A stretch of 64,000 nucleotides of DNA from Hyphochytrium catenoides (Eukaryota > Protista > Hyphochytriomycota). The notes under the pieces were generated by a model. That model was given only the letters and a program-made list of their open reading frames with translations, was not told the DNA's origin and ran no database searches. The translations under genes and the position numbers were made by a program. This document shows positions 50,958 through 63,443 of this stretch, piece after piece. The stretch covers positions 9,183-73,182 of the forward strand of contig FLMG01000972.1 in the NCBI GenBank assembly GCA_900088475.1, written 5' to 3'. How positions within the stretch are numbered: the first letter of the stretch is position 1; the number at the start of each line of letters is the position of its first letter.

Positions 50958-52490
50958 ATGGCACCAGACATCCAAGAGTGGACGGTCAAGGCATGGGGCC
51001 ATGGGAGAGCTTCGTCTTTATATAGGCTTGCTATGAGTACATGCAGTGCTGTTGCAGGCACGAAAGGTACTCCCGGCATCTTCAAGCTGACTTCCACGCC
51101 CAGCCTGACTGCAGAAGCTACTGTCTTCTTATCGGCTGCCATTGTGCAGGGATCCGTCTTCTGGATCCCTCTTCTGGCCTACTGGGTCTTCAGAGGGAGC
51201 AAGTCTTGGAAGCTCCAGATAGCCTTTGTTGCTGCATGCTTATACTTAACTTTTGCCCCGATTAAGGCTAGAGAATGGACAAGGTCCGCTTGGCTGTGGA
51301 AGAACTGGCTTGGTGAGCCCTCACTTTCATCATCGTCGCCGTGGTCCCGGTGATGCTTACTGTTTGACCTACACAGAGTATTTCGGATGGCCAGGAACAA
51401 AGACAATGCGAGTAGTGGGCAGAACAGACCTCCCAGGTAGTCCATACCTTTTCTGCTTCCTGCCGCACGGGTTATTCCCTTATGCTATGGCCATGGCCGG
51501 GGTGGAGCCTTTGTGGAGCACTGTTTTCAAGAAAGCACGGGTGGCGACCGTAAGTCTGCCATGTGATCCAGTCACCTTTGTACGGTCCGCCTTTGCTATA
51601 GCCAGCTAATCTCCATTCTTGCAATCCGTACATGTCCTTAGGCGAACGTGGTTCTGAGAGTCATGGTTGTGAGGCATCTTACGGTGAGAAGAGGCCACAC
51701 CCGACCTGTTGCCAACCTTTCAAACTCCTCACGTAGCGCTCACTCTTAGAGAATAGTCTCCGATGCATTTCCGGCAACGAGGAAGGCGATAGGTAGGGAG
51801 CTTGCAGCTGGGAAGTCAGTGATCCTCTCTCCAGGAGGCATTGGCGAGGTGCGCCTTCTCTCCGTTAGCGAACGACTGACGAAAACGGATCTGGACCCTA
51901 ACTCTACTGCCTACATCTTTTAGATGTTCCTGACGGGTGCCAAGGATGAGGCCGTACTGCTGAATAATAGAAAGGGCTTTATCAAGCTGGCCATTGAGCA
52001 CGGGGTAACTCTCTTTATCTAAACCGTTGTGGCAATCCGTGATCCGAAGTCCTTCTTCTGATGCCCATTTAGGTACCACTGGTGCCTGTTTACGTCTTCG
52101 GAAACTCAAGGACCTTTGGCACTCCGTCCTTCACTAAACAGCTGGAGTGGATATCTAGGGCGCTAAAGATCGCTATCGCAGTCCCGGTCGGCCGGTGGCT
52201 CCTGCCGGTAAGCCCACAGCGGATGTGTGAGCGCAGAAGAACCATTCGCGCAGAGGCTGCAGCCCAAACATTCTCACATTTGGTTGGCATGCCTCACCAT
52301 CCCTTAGGTACCATTCAAGGTGCCACTCATGTACGCGATTGGTGAGCCCATTGAGGTCGCATATAATCCCAATCCGTCCGAGGAAGAGGTCGCCAGAGTT
52401 CATCAGTTATTCAAGGATGCCGTCATCGCCTTGTTCGAAAAGTACAAGCAAATGTATGGTTGGGGCGATAGGAGACTGCAAATTCACTAG
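50958..52490 (+). CDS. DGAT2: Type-2 diacylglycerol/monoacylglycerol acyltransferase (DGAT2/MOGAT family)
   Basis: TM hairpin, then YLFCFLPHGLFP, ILSPGGIGE, LLNNRKGFIKLAIEHG, PLVPVYVFG, LPVPFKVPLMYAIGEPI and LFEKYKQMYGW; stop TAG at 52490. Confidence 0.9.
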
Positions 52491-53219
52491 AGACGAGTGT
52501 ATCCAATTACTTAGCCACATGTGTAGCGCTGGGAGAATAGACTTTCTATAGGCTCACATACAGCTCGGTCTCTCCCCAGTAACACCGGCCATTGTGCCTA
52601 AGATTTACCTGTATGACTATGATACTCTCATTCAACTGTCAAACTTACTGCGGCCAAATAGCAAATAGGGCGTCTGCTCGTCATCAAACTCATTGTAGGT
52701 CGATGACGGTACTGAAGCACCCTGCAAGCCTTAAACACGACCACACAGGTGCTCTGAGGGTTCAGTAGGAGATGCAAAGTAGTAATTGGCGTTGGGTCTG
52801 GAGTTGCGTCTGTTTGATGATAAACCAGTCAGGAAGAGGCTAGGGAAGCATCTTCTTCCGAGAGCCATGCCACGTGTGGTTCTCGCTTTTACGAATAAAC
52901 AAAAAATGCGAGGGTGGTCAGAGCATTTGTCTTAACCTCCGCCCTTCTACCTCGCAGTCTTTCCACAGAAAGGGAACTAGGAAGCTGGTTGTCCCTTGGT
53001 TAAGAGTCAAAGTAGCAGCATATGAACAAGCACAAGCATGCGGGCACCATTATGCATTAGTACCTTAGTAGGAATCTAATGTGCAATCGATCCAGGCTCT
53101 TGCCCAGCAGGGAGAACTCCCAGAGAAGAACTGCTTCAGTTGATATGACGCAATGAACAGACAGTCAAACGAGAATGCAGAAAGCAGTACGCGAAGCAGA
53201 TCACGGCCTTTCCGCCACC

Positions 53220-54476
53220 TCAGGGACGGAGGAACACTTTGAGAATCCCTTCCTCTTTCAGATGGAACATCTTATAGAGCTCGGGTCCTTCAGACAACCT
53301 TCCGTAATAGTTGACGACCATGGTGGGATCAAAATTATTCTTCAGCATCATTTCTAGCACATAGTTCCACACCGCTTGGACGAAGCACTGGCCACCGCGA
53401 ACGGTCAAGTGCTTCTCCATCATTGCTCCTATTGGGAACTGGTTGGCGAAGCCCATGTAGTCACCAATGATGGAGATATTCCCGTTCTTCCGCACGGCAT
53501 ATATGCATTGCGAGAGAATATCAGGAGAGTCCGTCTCTAGCCCAATGGCGCGCTGAATGGTATGGAGCCAGGTCGCAGAGTATCGGAACCCTGCACACTC
53601 AATAGCGACATCGACCCCTCCTGGACAGCGCTCGAACACTGCTTGAACGACATCCGAGACTTCCTTGGCATTGATCACATCCACACCAAGTTTCTCCTTT
53701 GCCAGCTGCAGGCGCTCCGGGACGACGTCAATACCGATAATCTTCTTGGCACCCAGGACCTTGGCCCACTGCAAAGCAAGAAGTCCCACTGGACCACAAC
53801 CCCAGACAGCGACGCTGCAGCCTTCTCTGACCTCACCAAGCTGGCAGGCATGCAGAGAGGTACAGGCGATGTCTGATATATATAAGGCTTTGTCATCTGG
53901 TATCTCATCAGGCAGCGGGAGACAGTTGTAGTCAGCAAATGGCACACGAAGATACTCCGCTTGGCCACCAGGATAACCGCCAGTGATATGACCATAGCCA
54001 AAGATTCCGCTAGTCCGATGGCCGTAGAGCTTTTCCATCACTCTGCTAGAGTTGGTGGTGTCGCAGCAGCTATGCTCACCACGCTTGCAATAGTCGCAAG
54101 TGCCGCAAGTGATGGCAAAAGCAACCACTACGCGCTGACCCTTGCGAATGTGCTTCACCTCTGGGCCGATATCTTCAACAATACCGAGGGTCTCGTGACC
54201 TAAGATGTCACCGTCGCGCATGTGCGGGAACTCAGCCGTGTAAAGGTGAAGATCACTGCCACATATCGTAGTCGCCGTCACACGGATCAGAGCATCTTCT
54301 GGAGCAGACACGAGAGGCTGCGGGACAGTGGCATACTCAACCTTGTTTTTGCCCTTCCAAATAAGGGCGTGCATGGTCTCGGTGTCGGACCAACGCTGCT
54401 GGCTATCGCCAGGACTAACAGGGTTATTTCCAAGAACCTCTTCAAGTCTGTTACCCAGGAAGTTGATGAGCGACAT
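53220..54476 (-). CDS. Zinc-dependent MDR alcohol/formaldehyde dehydrogenase-like protein (YbdR/FDH-like), intronless, 418 aa
   Basis: ICGSDLH, LGHE, structural-Zn CGTCDYC..C, IFGYGHITGGYPGGQAEYLRVPFAD and Rossmann WGCGPVG. Confidence 0.93.
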   Translation of the reverse strand: MSLINFLGNRLEEVLGNNPVSPGDSQQRWSDTETMHALIWKGKNKVEYATVPQPLVSAPEDALIRVTATTICGSDLHLYTAEFPHMRDGDILGHETLGIVEDIGPEVKHIRKGQRVVVAFAITCGTCDYCKRGEHSCCDTTNSSRVMEKLYGHRTSGIFGYGHITGGYPGGQAEYLRVPFADYNCLPLPDEIPDDKALYISDIACTSLHACQLGEVREGCSVAVWGCGPVGLLALQWAKVLGAKKIIGIDVVPERLQLAKEKLGVDVINAKEVSDVVQAVFERCPGGVDVAIECAGFRYSATWLHTIQRAIGLETDSPDILSQCIYAVRKNGNISIIGDYMGFANQFPIGAMMEKHLTVRGGQCFVQAVWNYVLEMMLKNNFDPTMVVNYYGRLSEGPELYKMFHLKEEGILKVFLRP

Positions 54477-56287
54477 GGTTCTCCGTTAATATTGATGCGC
54501 GGGCCGTCAACCTTGTGATGATATGAGAATCCCTTACACTTGGAGGGCAAAATTGAATATGAACCCCGTCGCACCTTGTGAGCAGAGCCTGAGGAGAACA
54601 AGGCTATGCTGCTATGACGCGGTGGAGCGTTGAAAGGAGACAAAGGAGAACGGAAGAAGACAAGTGTCTAGAGGTAGGGCCTGATGACCACCACTACTAG
54701 CTAATGACAAGCAATGCCCTTCTCAGAGTCCGCCCACTATCACTTGACCATTATTACTGACTGCTCGCTTTAATCAATGGAAGGAGGCTGGGCGATAAAG
54801 GAGCCAAGAACAACGCGGGGGACTTGCATGGCCCTCGCTTTTCCTCATTCTGTCATCGTCTTTCTTGGCGGGTTCTGAGTTTGCTATCGCGCTTGCAGCT
54901 GTCTACTGGTTTAATGGGGTTCAATGACGGTACCTCATCGCTCTATCTTGTGCGTCGAGGCAAGAAGAGCTGGCAAACAGTTTAGGTTAATGTCGGGAAA
55001 GAACGTTGATCGAGCGAGCGGAGGACTCTCTCCTTCTTCAGGGTAGTTTGATAGCCAGCCCCCAACCCTACTAGCTAGCATACTGGCGCGGCTTCGTCCA
55101 TGGTCGCCATCGTTCTTTGATCGAATCAACACTGCTAGCCCGCCACATCAGCAGCCGCGTTCATCAGGAAAAAAGAACTACTCCATCTCTCAGCTGTTCC
55201 TTTCCTCCATTGCTACTTCTTGTTCCTCCTCCTCCTCCACCACGCCGCCAACGCTGCTCCGTCCTCTCCGCTGCTGTCTTCGCTGTCACAAGTCATGATC
55301 ATAAGCAGCCACAAGAGGGAGCGAGGAGAAGAAGGAGGCCAAGGGAGAGACATCCGCTGCTCATCAGAGTTCTACATTCTTGGATAAACTGTGGAGGACG
55401 AGGGGTGTCTCTTGTTGTCTCCTTCCTTCTTCTTCTTCTGCTTCCTCATCAGTCATTCAGAGAACAGTCCACCGCCCACCCAGCCAGCAGGACGGAGAAT
55501 CCAATGAAGATGTGTGATGAGAAAGGAGGATGATTCTGGTTCCCTCATCTTAATTTTACCTATAATCTATGGGCTATTGTTGTTACTGGAAACGCCCAAG
55601 GTAATAACAGCGCGGTACTTACATACAGTGAGGATCAGTGAGGATGACATTATTATGAAATAGATAGGTCTCGGGCACCTCCTCGTCTCTCAGGAGGGTT
55701 GGGGCATAATACCTACTACGACGCAGTTCCTAGGGCTTTCTTTTTCAACGTTGTCGGCGGGAAGACGGAGTGCCGGTTCCCTTGATGATTATAGAAAGAT
55801 AGAGGAGGACAGAAGAGCGCGGCGAAGGGCTGGCGGGAAGAGAAGATAGAAGACGACGACGGAGCGCTAGATAGACAACACGGCTTGAGCTTTTACTATA
55901 AAGGGAGGACGAGTTGTGAAATAATAGGAGGAGCTTGAGGAAGCAATAGAAGACGGAGAAGTCGTTCTTACTGATACTTCGGACACCAGTTATCTGCACT
56001 TCTCCTGACGATTATCAAAGATAGAAGCATATCTTCGAGGAGGCGGCAGTAGAAGAAGAGAAGTCCAGTACACTGAAGAAGAGAAGCAACATTTGAGCTT
56101 CACCTAAGCTGATGGCCACAGCTGCTGCTGGATTACGAAGAAGATAATTCCTCAGTGCATGAGGTGGTGGTGGTTGGTGGTGGGACAGCAGTAGCAGGGG
56201 TACTGACCACCTGGACCATTGGCCAATCCGCTTCTGCTAGTAGACAAGCGAGACAGAGCTACTAGTGGCTGGTGGTGAAAGAGCAGT

Positions 56288-56348
56288 AGCAGCGGTACTG
56301 ACAAAAGAGACTGGGCCCAGCAGCGGTACTGACAAAAGAGACTGGGCC
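56288..56348 (+). repeat. 31-bp tandem duplication
   Basis: agcagcggtactgacaaaagagactgggcc(c) x2. Confidence 0.93.
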
Positions 56349-57213
56349 TGGCTCGGTGCGCCTCTATTAGTAACGGGGTGCGACAATACTACTACTTTTT
56401 ATAAAAAATCAAACATAGGTGCTTCAATGTTGGCAGACCGCAGATCTGAGAGTAAATGACCCGTCTTGCATCTGATGATACTTCCCAGGTTGAAAGGGGA
56501 ATGAGTGAACTTATCATCATGGGATTGATCCTTAGTAGAGACACCATCGTTCTCTGCAACAGAAGAGGAAATACGTATTCTCCTGGAAAAGCCACCAGTA
56601 GTGCTTAACAAGCTGCTGCCAGTCAGCCCAGGAAGAAGTAGATCTATGGAGGCAGTGCCCAACTACAAATCAATAATCACCACGTCCAGAAGAGGTGCTA
56701 TGACTAGCTACTATGATGGCAGTAGAGGTGCAAGTCTGGTGGTCCCACGACGCCAAGCTACTCTGGCTCTGTATGTATACACACAGGAGTGCTCTTCACT
56801 ACTTTCTACTCCTTTTGTATGTCAGAAGGCTGCTTACCTTTCCCACATCCTACATTGACCCAATGCTCCGCCATAATACTACTGCCTGCTGATGGTGGCT
56901 TGTTGCTACCAGCGAAACTGCAGAGGAGGAATGAACGGGCATCCCAGTTGAAGATAAGATAGAGCTCTACGCCTGCCTTGTTGCCCTTATCATTTGCATT
57001 CTGGTCGGGCGGTGCATCATATTATCCAGATCCGTCTCTCATAGACTCATAATAGACAAAGACAAAGACGAGGACTCAAACACTCTTCACTCCAAAGTTT
57101 GCACCAAAAAAAAGTAACGAGCAGAGTTCAAAGGGAAAGTAACGGCCCTTGCTTGAACCACCTTATTAGAAATTAGTCATCCATATCGCGCATAAAGGGC
57201 TTTTGTCGAATTG

Positions 57214-57859
57214 TTATTGGTGAGAGGAGCTGTCGTCATCCGAGATACAACAAGTGAACATGTTGATGAATGAAGCCTGACTCGGGTTAGTATTTACCCG
57301 AATGTCAATGGCTGTTGAACATCCATAGCTCCAACCTAAGCTCGGGTTGTACTCGGGTCTTTGGGTCACATCATCGCTTGGACAGAAGACTTGTAACGCT
57401 TCTCCTTCGCACTCCAGACTGTATGAGGTTGGTCCCTCCTTTTTCCCCTCTGGTTCTATAGACTTTGGGGACTGAAGGCTGGTTGGTGCACTGAGCCTTG
57501 GAGACGCCCTGCCAGAGGTATCTCTTACGGAGCTAAGCACCAGAGCCAAGATGAGGGCAGGGACAGCAGACGTCTCTGCTAAGCATAGCCGTCGGTCTGG
57601 TCTGCCTACTTATTCTGCTGCATCTATACCTTGTAGACACTATCTTCCTGCCACAGTGATGCCACCCCTTCCCCCTCCATCGGCCACAACCGTAACAGCC
57701 AAGACTAGGATGAAAGATGAATGGGATTTGAAGAGGGAGGAGGATGGGCACCTACCTTGGCGAGGCCGAGCAAGCTAAGCCATTGTAGGCAGGCCAAGTT
57801 CTTAAAAATGATACTGATGAAGTAGGCCAGCTAGCGGAAAGAGACGCCAAAGCAGCCAT
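57214..57859 (-). CDS. Possible small three-exon hypothetical gene, divergent from the CD36-like gene
   Basis: Two plausible GT-AG introns (~57756-57705 and ~57629-57533) keep the frame from ATG 57859 into the 111-codon ORF ending 57214. No recognisable domain. Confidence 0.3.
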
Positions 57860-58109
57860 GTGGTACAGGTCTTAAGAGTTCAACTCCCCCCACGTACCTC
57901 TCTGTAAAAACTCTTGTTTATAAGGCGATGTGTTGAGCCTGATGCTCTTGAATGCGGGCCAGGATTTGGCCGGTAACCTACCCTTGTCACTTTCCGATTT
58001 GTATCGCCTAGTACGTGGCTCTTTGGTCACTGTTGCCGCGCTTAAATTTAACACGGCAGCCTGAGATCGACTCCAGACTAAGGAGCGAGGTTGTCTTAAC
58101 TAAGACACA

Positions 58110-61100
58110 ATGTCGGAGAAGAAGGGGTACGTTGTGCTAATTGCTGGTTAGCTGTGGTTAGCTGTACGACGGTCCTTCTTCACCTCAGTGAGATTCAAGC
58201 TGTTTCTTCTGTCTTTGTCTAACTGCCTTTGTTATGTTGTCCATACTATAGCGGAAGTGGAGGCAATAGCCAGTGCGGCACCTGCGTCTGGGGCGTCTCC
58301 TTGGTCCTAGGTATCGTCCTGGTACTTGCGGGCATTATCATTGGAGCCGTCGTCCCAGGCACGGTAAACAAAGGCCTGCAGGAGAAAGCGAAGTTCTGCT
58401 CTGAAGAGGATGCCTCTTTCAAAGAGTGGGAGGAGCCGGCTAATGCCTTGATGGCTATTTATCAGTTCAACCTTACCAACCCCAATGAGGTGATGACTGG
58501 GGCGAAGCCACAGGTTCGGGAAGTGGGGCCCTTTTACTATGATGTAAGTTCATTAAATCCCCTCCTGCCTGCCAACAAGGCTAAGTCTGCATCCTTTCGA
58601 TGTACTTCGCTTTGCCAACCTTCCGTATCCTGGCCGCCATTTTCCTTGTCCTAACTAATGACTTTGTCTCTTCAGGTCACAACTCTTAGAATGAATATGA
58701 AGCTCTCTGAGGACAAGGCGTCTGTCAGCTACGAGGAGCAGACCCTGTACAACATCACTACTCCACCGGAGAATGTCTATACTGAGCCCTTCGCAAAACC
58801 CTATGCCGAGTCAGACGACGTCCTCCTCACAAACGTTAACCCTGTTTATCTCAAGATCATTAACCAGCTCAGCACTATGGGAGGAGAGCAGGCTCTTGCC
58901 TTCAGCTTCTATAATGCAACTGCGCTACCTCAACTTGCAACCCTTGCAAAGAATCTCAAGGATGCCTCTCTTCTCACGTCAGATCAAAACGCTGCAGTCA
59001 CGAAAGCTCTCATGGGTTATCCTCTTTCTCTAATCCTCTGCCTGGATACCCTGAACCCGGCTCTCATGGGCTTCTGCCTCAAACTTGCACAGAAGTTCGA
59101 AGTTACTGCGAACTTGACCGGAGAGGCAGCGAAGTCGTTCCAGTTCACTGTTGCCAAGGATGGCCTTTTAAATCTGACCTCTTACTTTATGGAGCTCAAG
59201 AACACGAGCCTAGGCGGGTCTCCAAACCACGGGTTGTTCGTACAGAGGACTGTAAGTTCCCCCTGTCGTCATTTCAACTAGCTGGCAACTACTTCTCTCT
59301 CCTTTTAGACTCTTTGATCCTCCTCTACCAGTGGTTTTCCGTGTATCTCTCTCTTTGGTTCCTCTCCCGTCTCTTCTCTCTATTTTTGTCACCTTCTATG
59401 TCTCGTTTGCGCGACATATTATCTTCTCTTGTTAGCACGTTAATAACTCTTACCTCATCCTCCCGTTGTTTGGTCTTCGATAGGTTCGTGAGTGGATATT
59501 TGGAGGCTACTCTACTTTTCTAGGAGGTGCCGCGACGATTGGTTATTGGACAGATCCTACCAAGTGCAACAAGTCAGCCAGTCCTCCTGTCTGTGGCTCC
59601 GTTAGAACACAGGCTTGCAACACCTGCAAAACCAGCAAGGATTCTGCCGTGGTGGGCGCAAACTGCAAGACGTGCGTTGAGCTCTCAGGACTCTGCGATC
59701 TTTGCCCGCAAGCAGCAATGGCTCTTGCTATGCAGTCCACACTCTGTGATGGTGTACAGCAGCGTCTAAGAGGTAAGAAGCTTCTTTCTCTTTTGAGACT
59801 TTTCTTCTCTTTGGTGGGATAAGACAATCCATAGCACTTAGCATTCTTCGCTGTTCTTTGTACGAAATCTTTTATACACCGCTGTCCTCAATCCCTCCGC
59901 CTTCCTCCCTACCACTTGGTCTTTGCCTTGCTTACAAGCGTACCCTTGGCAACTAGCCGTTCTACGTACATTCTTTCTCTAATGTAGGAGACCTGCTGCT
60001 CTCGGTGGTGGTTGCTTTCTTTCATTCTCTTTTCTGACCTCTCTCCCTCTTCTCTTCTTATTCAATAAAACAGCGCTGGGCGTAGCATACGGACTCCCGG
60101 ATGCGGCAACAGCCGAGCTTGTTGCCACCAGTCTTACCAGCAATACTTGCCGGAAGTGCAATGCCGAGGGCGACTACAAATTCTGCCTTGTCCCTTCCCT
60201 GGGGCTGCTCACTAAGAAGCCGTACGATCTGTCGGGCATCTCCAAGCAGCGCTACGAGACCAATCTCTATGGCAAAGTCGATAAGGTGAGGGGTCGTCGC
60301 AGATAGATGGGCGGTTCGAGTCGGACTCTGTGGAGAGGATGACAGAAAAGCCCGTCTACCTTGGTCTCCTATGTTATTTTGCTAGTCCCGTCCTCTAAGT
60401 GTTGCTGTTTCTTCTTCAAAACGTAAAAGAGCTCATCATGTTCCTCTAGAGTCTTATTTTCCTTGCTCCCATTGCAACGCCCCTGATGGCCCTCATTTCA
60501 CGCTCTTTCCTCGCTGTCTTACCAGCCCGACACCGTCGTCGTTGGCTCCGGTTGCGCATATCAAGCCGACTTCCTTCAGATACGTAGCATCAACGGTGTC
60601 GACAAACTTCCTGTCTGGATCAACGGAACCAAGCAGGTTAACCCTCCTGCAGCTGCCTTCCCGTTCTACACATCTCCCCTTATGGATTGCGAGAACCGTA
60701 TCACACCTTTCTTCAACGCTACGTGCCTTCCGATCTCAGGCAGGATCACTCCAGGGGCCGTTGGCCAGGGTGTTGGCCTGAACGGGCTAAAGACTGACCC
60801 TTCAACGGCGGCCGGCAAGCTCACCTTCTATGCCAAGCCGCTAAAGCGCGCTGTTGACTTACATCAGAAGAACGTTTCTACGTTGGCGAGCGGCACCATT
60901 GGAGTCGTGACCTACACGTCGAAAGATGTCTTCTCCTTCGCACAAGCCCCAGAGACAGGCGCCGGCGTGCCCTTTGATGGAGCCTTACAGCTCTCGTACG
61001 ATGCAGGCTTCCTCCTCTTAGTCTCTCTTCCGTACTTCTATGGCGCAAATGCAAGTTACTTTGACACCAGCGCAACAATGATCAATGGGGCAGGTGTGAC

Positions 61101-61476
61101 GGTGGACGCCGACAAGATCAAGACCATGGAAGAGGCGTACGACATGCAGCTCTCTCTCGAACCGGCAACGGGTGTTGTCATGAGAGGAAAGGTCCGAACC
61201 ATGGTCTCTGTGGCCTTCTCTGGCTCCGTCGCAACTCCCAACGTATCTTTATCCAATGCCTTCACACCTAACGTGAGAGCTAACACCTTTATTCCGGTCT
61301 ACTGGTCTGAGAATGGAGGCGTGATTGACAAGGAAAAAGCTGATCTGTTCACAAAGGCAGTGAGTAGCGCGGGAATCTTCCTCCCTGCCACTGTGGCGCT
61401 AATCGTCGTGGGCGTCTTGATGACAGTTATTGGGCTCTATTGCTGCTGCAAGAGACAGAAAGTCGCGACTGCGTAA
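58110..61476 (+). CDS. CD36/class B scavenger receptor (LIMP-2/croquemort-like) family protein
   Basis: N-terminal TM; IYQFNLTNPNEVMTGAKPQVREVGPFYY; GLFVQRT|VREWIFGGY; VSLPYFYGA; LSLEPATG; FIPVYW; C-terminal TM followed by CCCKRQK. Confidence 0.9.
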
Positions 61477-61698
61477 CGGTTTTGCTATTGCTATTGATTA
61501 GTCTCAGTATGCAGTGAGCCTGCTAAGTGGCTTAAGAGCTGTTCTGTATCAAGTAGGACGAAGTGCTAGGGCCTTTCTTGGTGTTTATATATCTATACAT
61601 ATACCCGTATTTTACGGACCTCCATCCGCATACCTTTTTCATTCTTGACCGTCTTCTATCGCTGGTATCGGCTAAGTGCTGACGGCCAATACGGCTGG

Positions 61699-63443
61699 TT
61701 ATGGTGCTGACTGAACTCCAGATAAGCTAGCTCCCCCTTCTAGCAGAAGTACGGGCTCCCTTTCGGCGCTCGGAGTTTCCATGGGCTGAGCTGACAATGA
61801 AGACGTAAGATCCGGCTCTCGAGCCAGGATTTGTAGGAGGTTGCCAATGAGTCTTCTTTCTACGGCTGCTGAAGAGGACCCATCAGCCCCTGCTCCTTCA
61901 CTCAGCTCTTCCCATCGTTCAGTTAGCCGCTGTCGAGTGAGAAAGGCAGAGCTGGTGAGAAAACAAGTAATCCCAGTATGTAATGGCCTGCTTATTGCAA
62001 GTCTCCCGCTGCCTCTCTTCTCTTCTTGTACCAATTTCATTGTAGACCTTATACTTCTCTAGCAGCCTTGTCACTAGACGGTGTCGGGAAACTGCTTGTT
62101 GTTCGTTGCCTTACCTCTTTCGCATCAGGATGCGTCCGCTGCAAGTGGGCCAAGTCTTCGGCAGAGGCTGAGAGTGTGTCTATGAGAAGCTGCAATGACC
62201 CTTCCTTCAGCTCTAGATCTTCGCTGCCTGTCAGTTCTAACACTTGTGATAGCATCGGCCCGCCCCTAATCCGCCGTTGTACCTCCTCTGATGAGTGGAG
62301 CAGCGCTCGAAGAAGGAACAATGCCCTTCTGGTAAACTTGACATCTCCACCGGCGAGAGCTGACGATATTATTGACAGCCCTTGTAGATCGTTGAGAAAT
62401 ATACGCTCCGCCTCGGCATCACCTCTTACAGTGCCTACAAACAAGGTTCAAAGCTCTTCGTCAGTCTAGAAGCGAAGCGAAGGTGAAGAGGGGAATGGGA
62501 GTCAAACGGGGAAAGGGCACAATGCAAGCGGGAGAAGGCCTCTGGAAACATACTTAGGTCGTGCAAAGCTCGTTATGGGAAAAGGCAGATGGAGGACAGC
62601 GCTGGGTATCAAAGAACAATGGGAGCGACAACGTACATGAGATGCAGCGAAGAGCCTTGTTTCTGCAAGCAGCATCCTCATCTGTAAGCAACGTATGTAG
62701 GTAACTCATTGCTCCTGCTCGGACAGCAGCTTGTTGAGCAAATGGGTTGTTCTGAACCACTGTGGCATAGACTTCTCCTGCTCCCTCTCTTAAGCTCCTA
62801 AAGGGAGAGCCAAAGAGGACAAAGAGGGCCTCGAGACCCCCAAGCTTGATGAAGTCTTTGGAGGCGTCAATCTGCCCAACAATATCTAACAGCTCGTCCA
62901 GGAGAAGCTCCTTGTACTCTAACAGCTCTGTCTCTGTGTACGGCTCCTGCTGCGTAGAGGGGAGCTGATCACCTTCTGTCCTGGTCCTGAAGACCATCCG
63001 TGGGTCTTCCCCTTTCTGAATGGCAATGATCTGCTTCATTCTCTCCACAGGATCTACCTGCTGATTCAGAGCCGCTTCAAGCCACTCCTTATCCTACATC
63101 GTTTAGGACAAAGACGGCGGTTCTTAGCTACCTGAGTAAGGCACAGAGCGTGTGGCTCAAGCGAGAAAGATAAACAGTGAAACCAGGAACAAATGAGGAC
63201 CAACTGACCGACAGATAGGAGACAACGTCATAGGCTTGGAAAGGAACAAAAAGGATTAGGAACAGTCATTTATTTACATTGAGAAAGTGAGAGAGAAAGA
63301 CAGGGATGTGCCACATTTCGCAGCAGCATCTCCTTTCCAGTGCTTACCTCCTGGCTCATGGGCCGATAGTTGGGCTCTGCAGTGCCATCGCTGTACTTCA
63401 TCGACCACTGCAGAAGACCTTGCCACTTTCTGGGGTCCGCCAT
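61699..63443 (-). CDS. Hsp70 nucleotide exchange factor HspBP1/Fes1 (ARM repeat)
   Basis: WQGLLQWSMKYSDGT...MSQE|DKEWLEAAL..DPVERMKQ; IDASKDFIKLGGL; YATVVQNNPFAQ; RNKALRCIS; TRRALFLLRALL. Confidence 0.9.
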
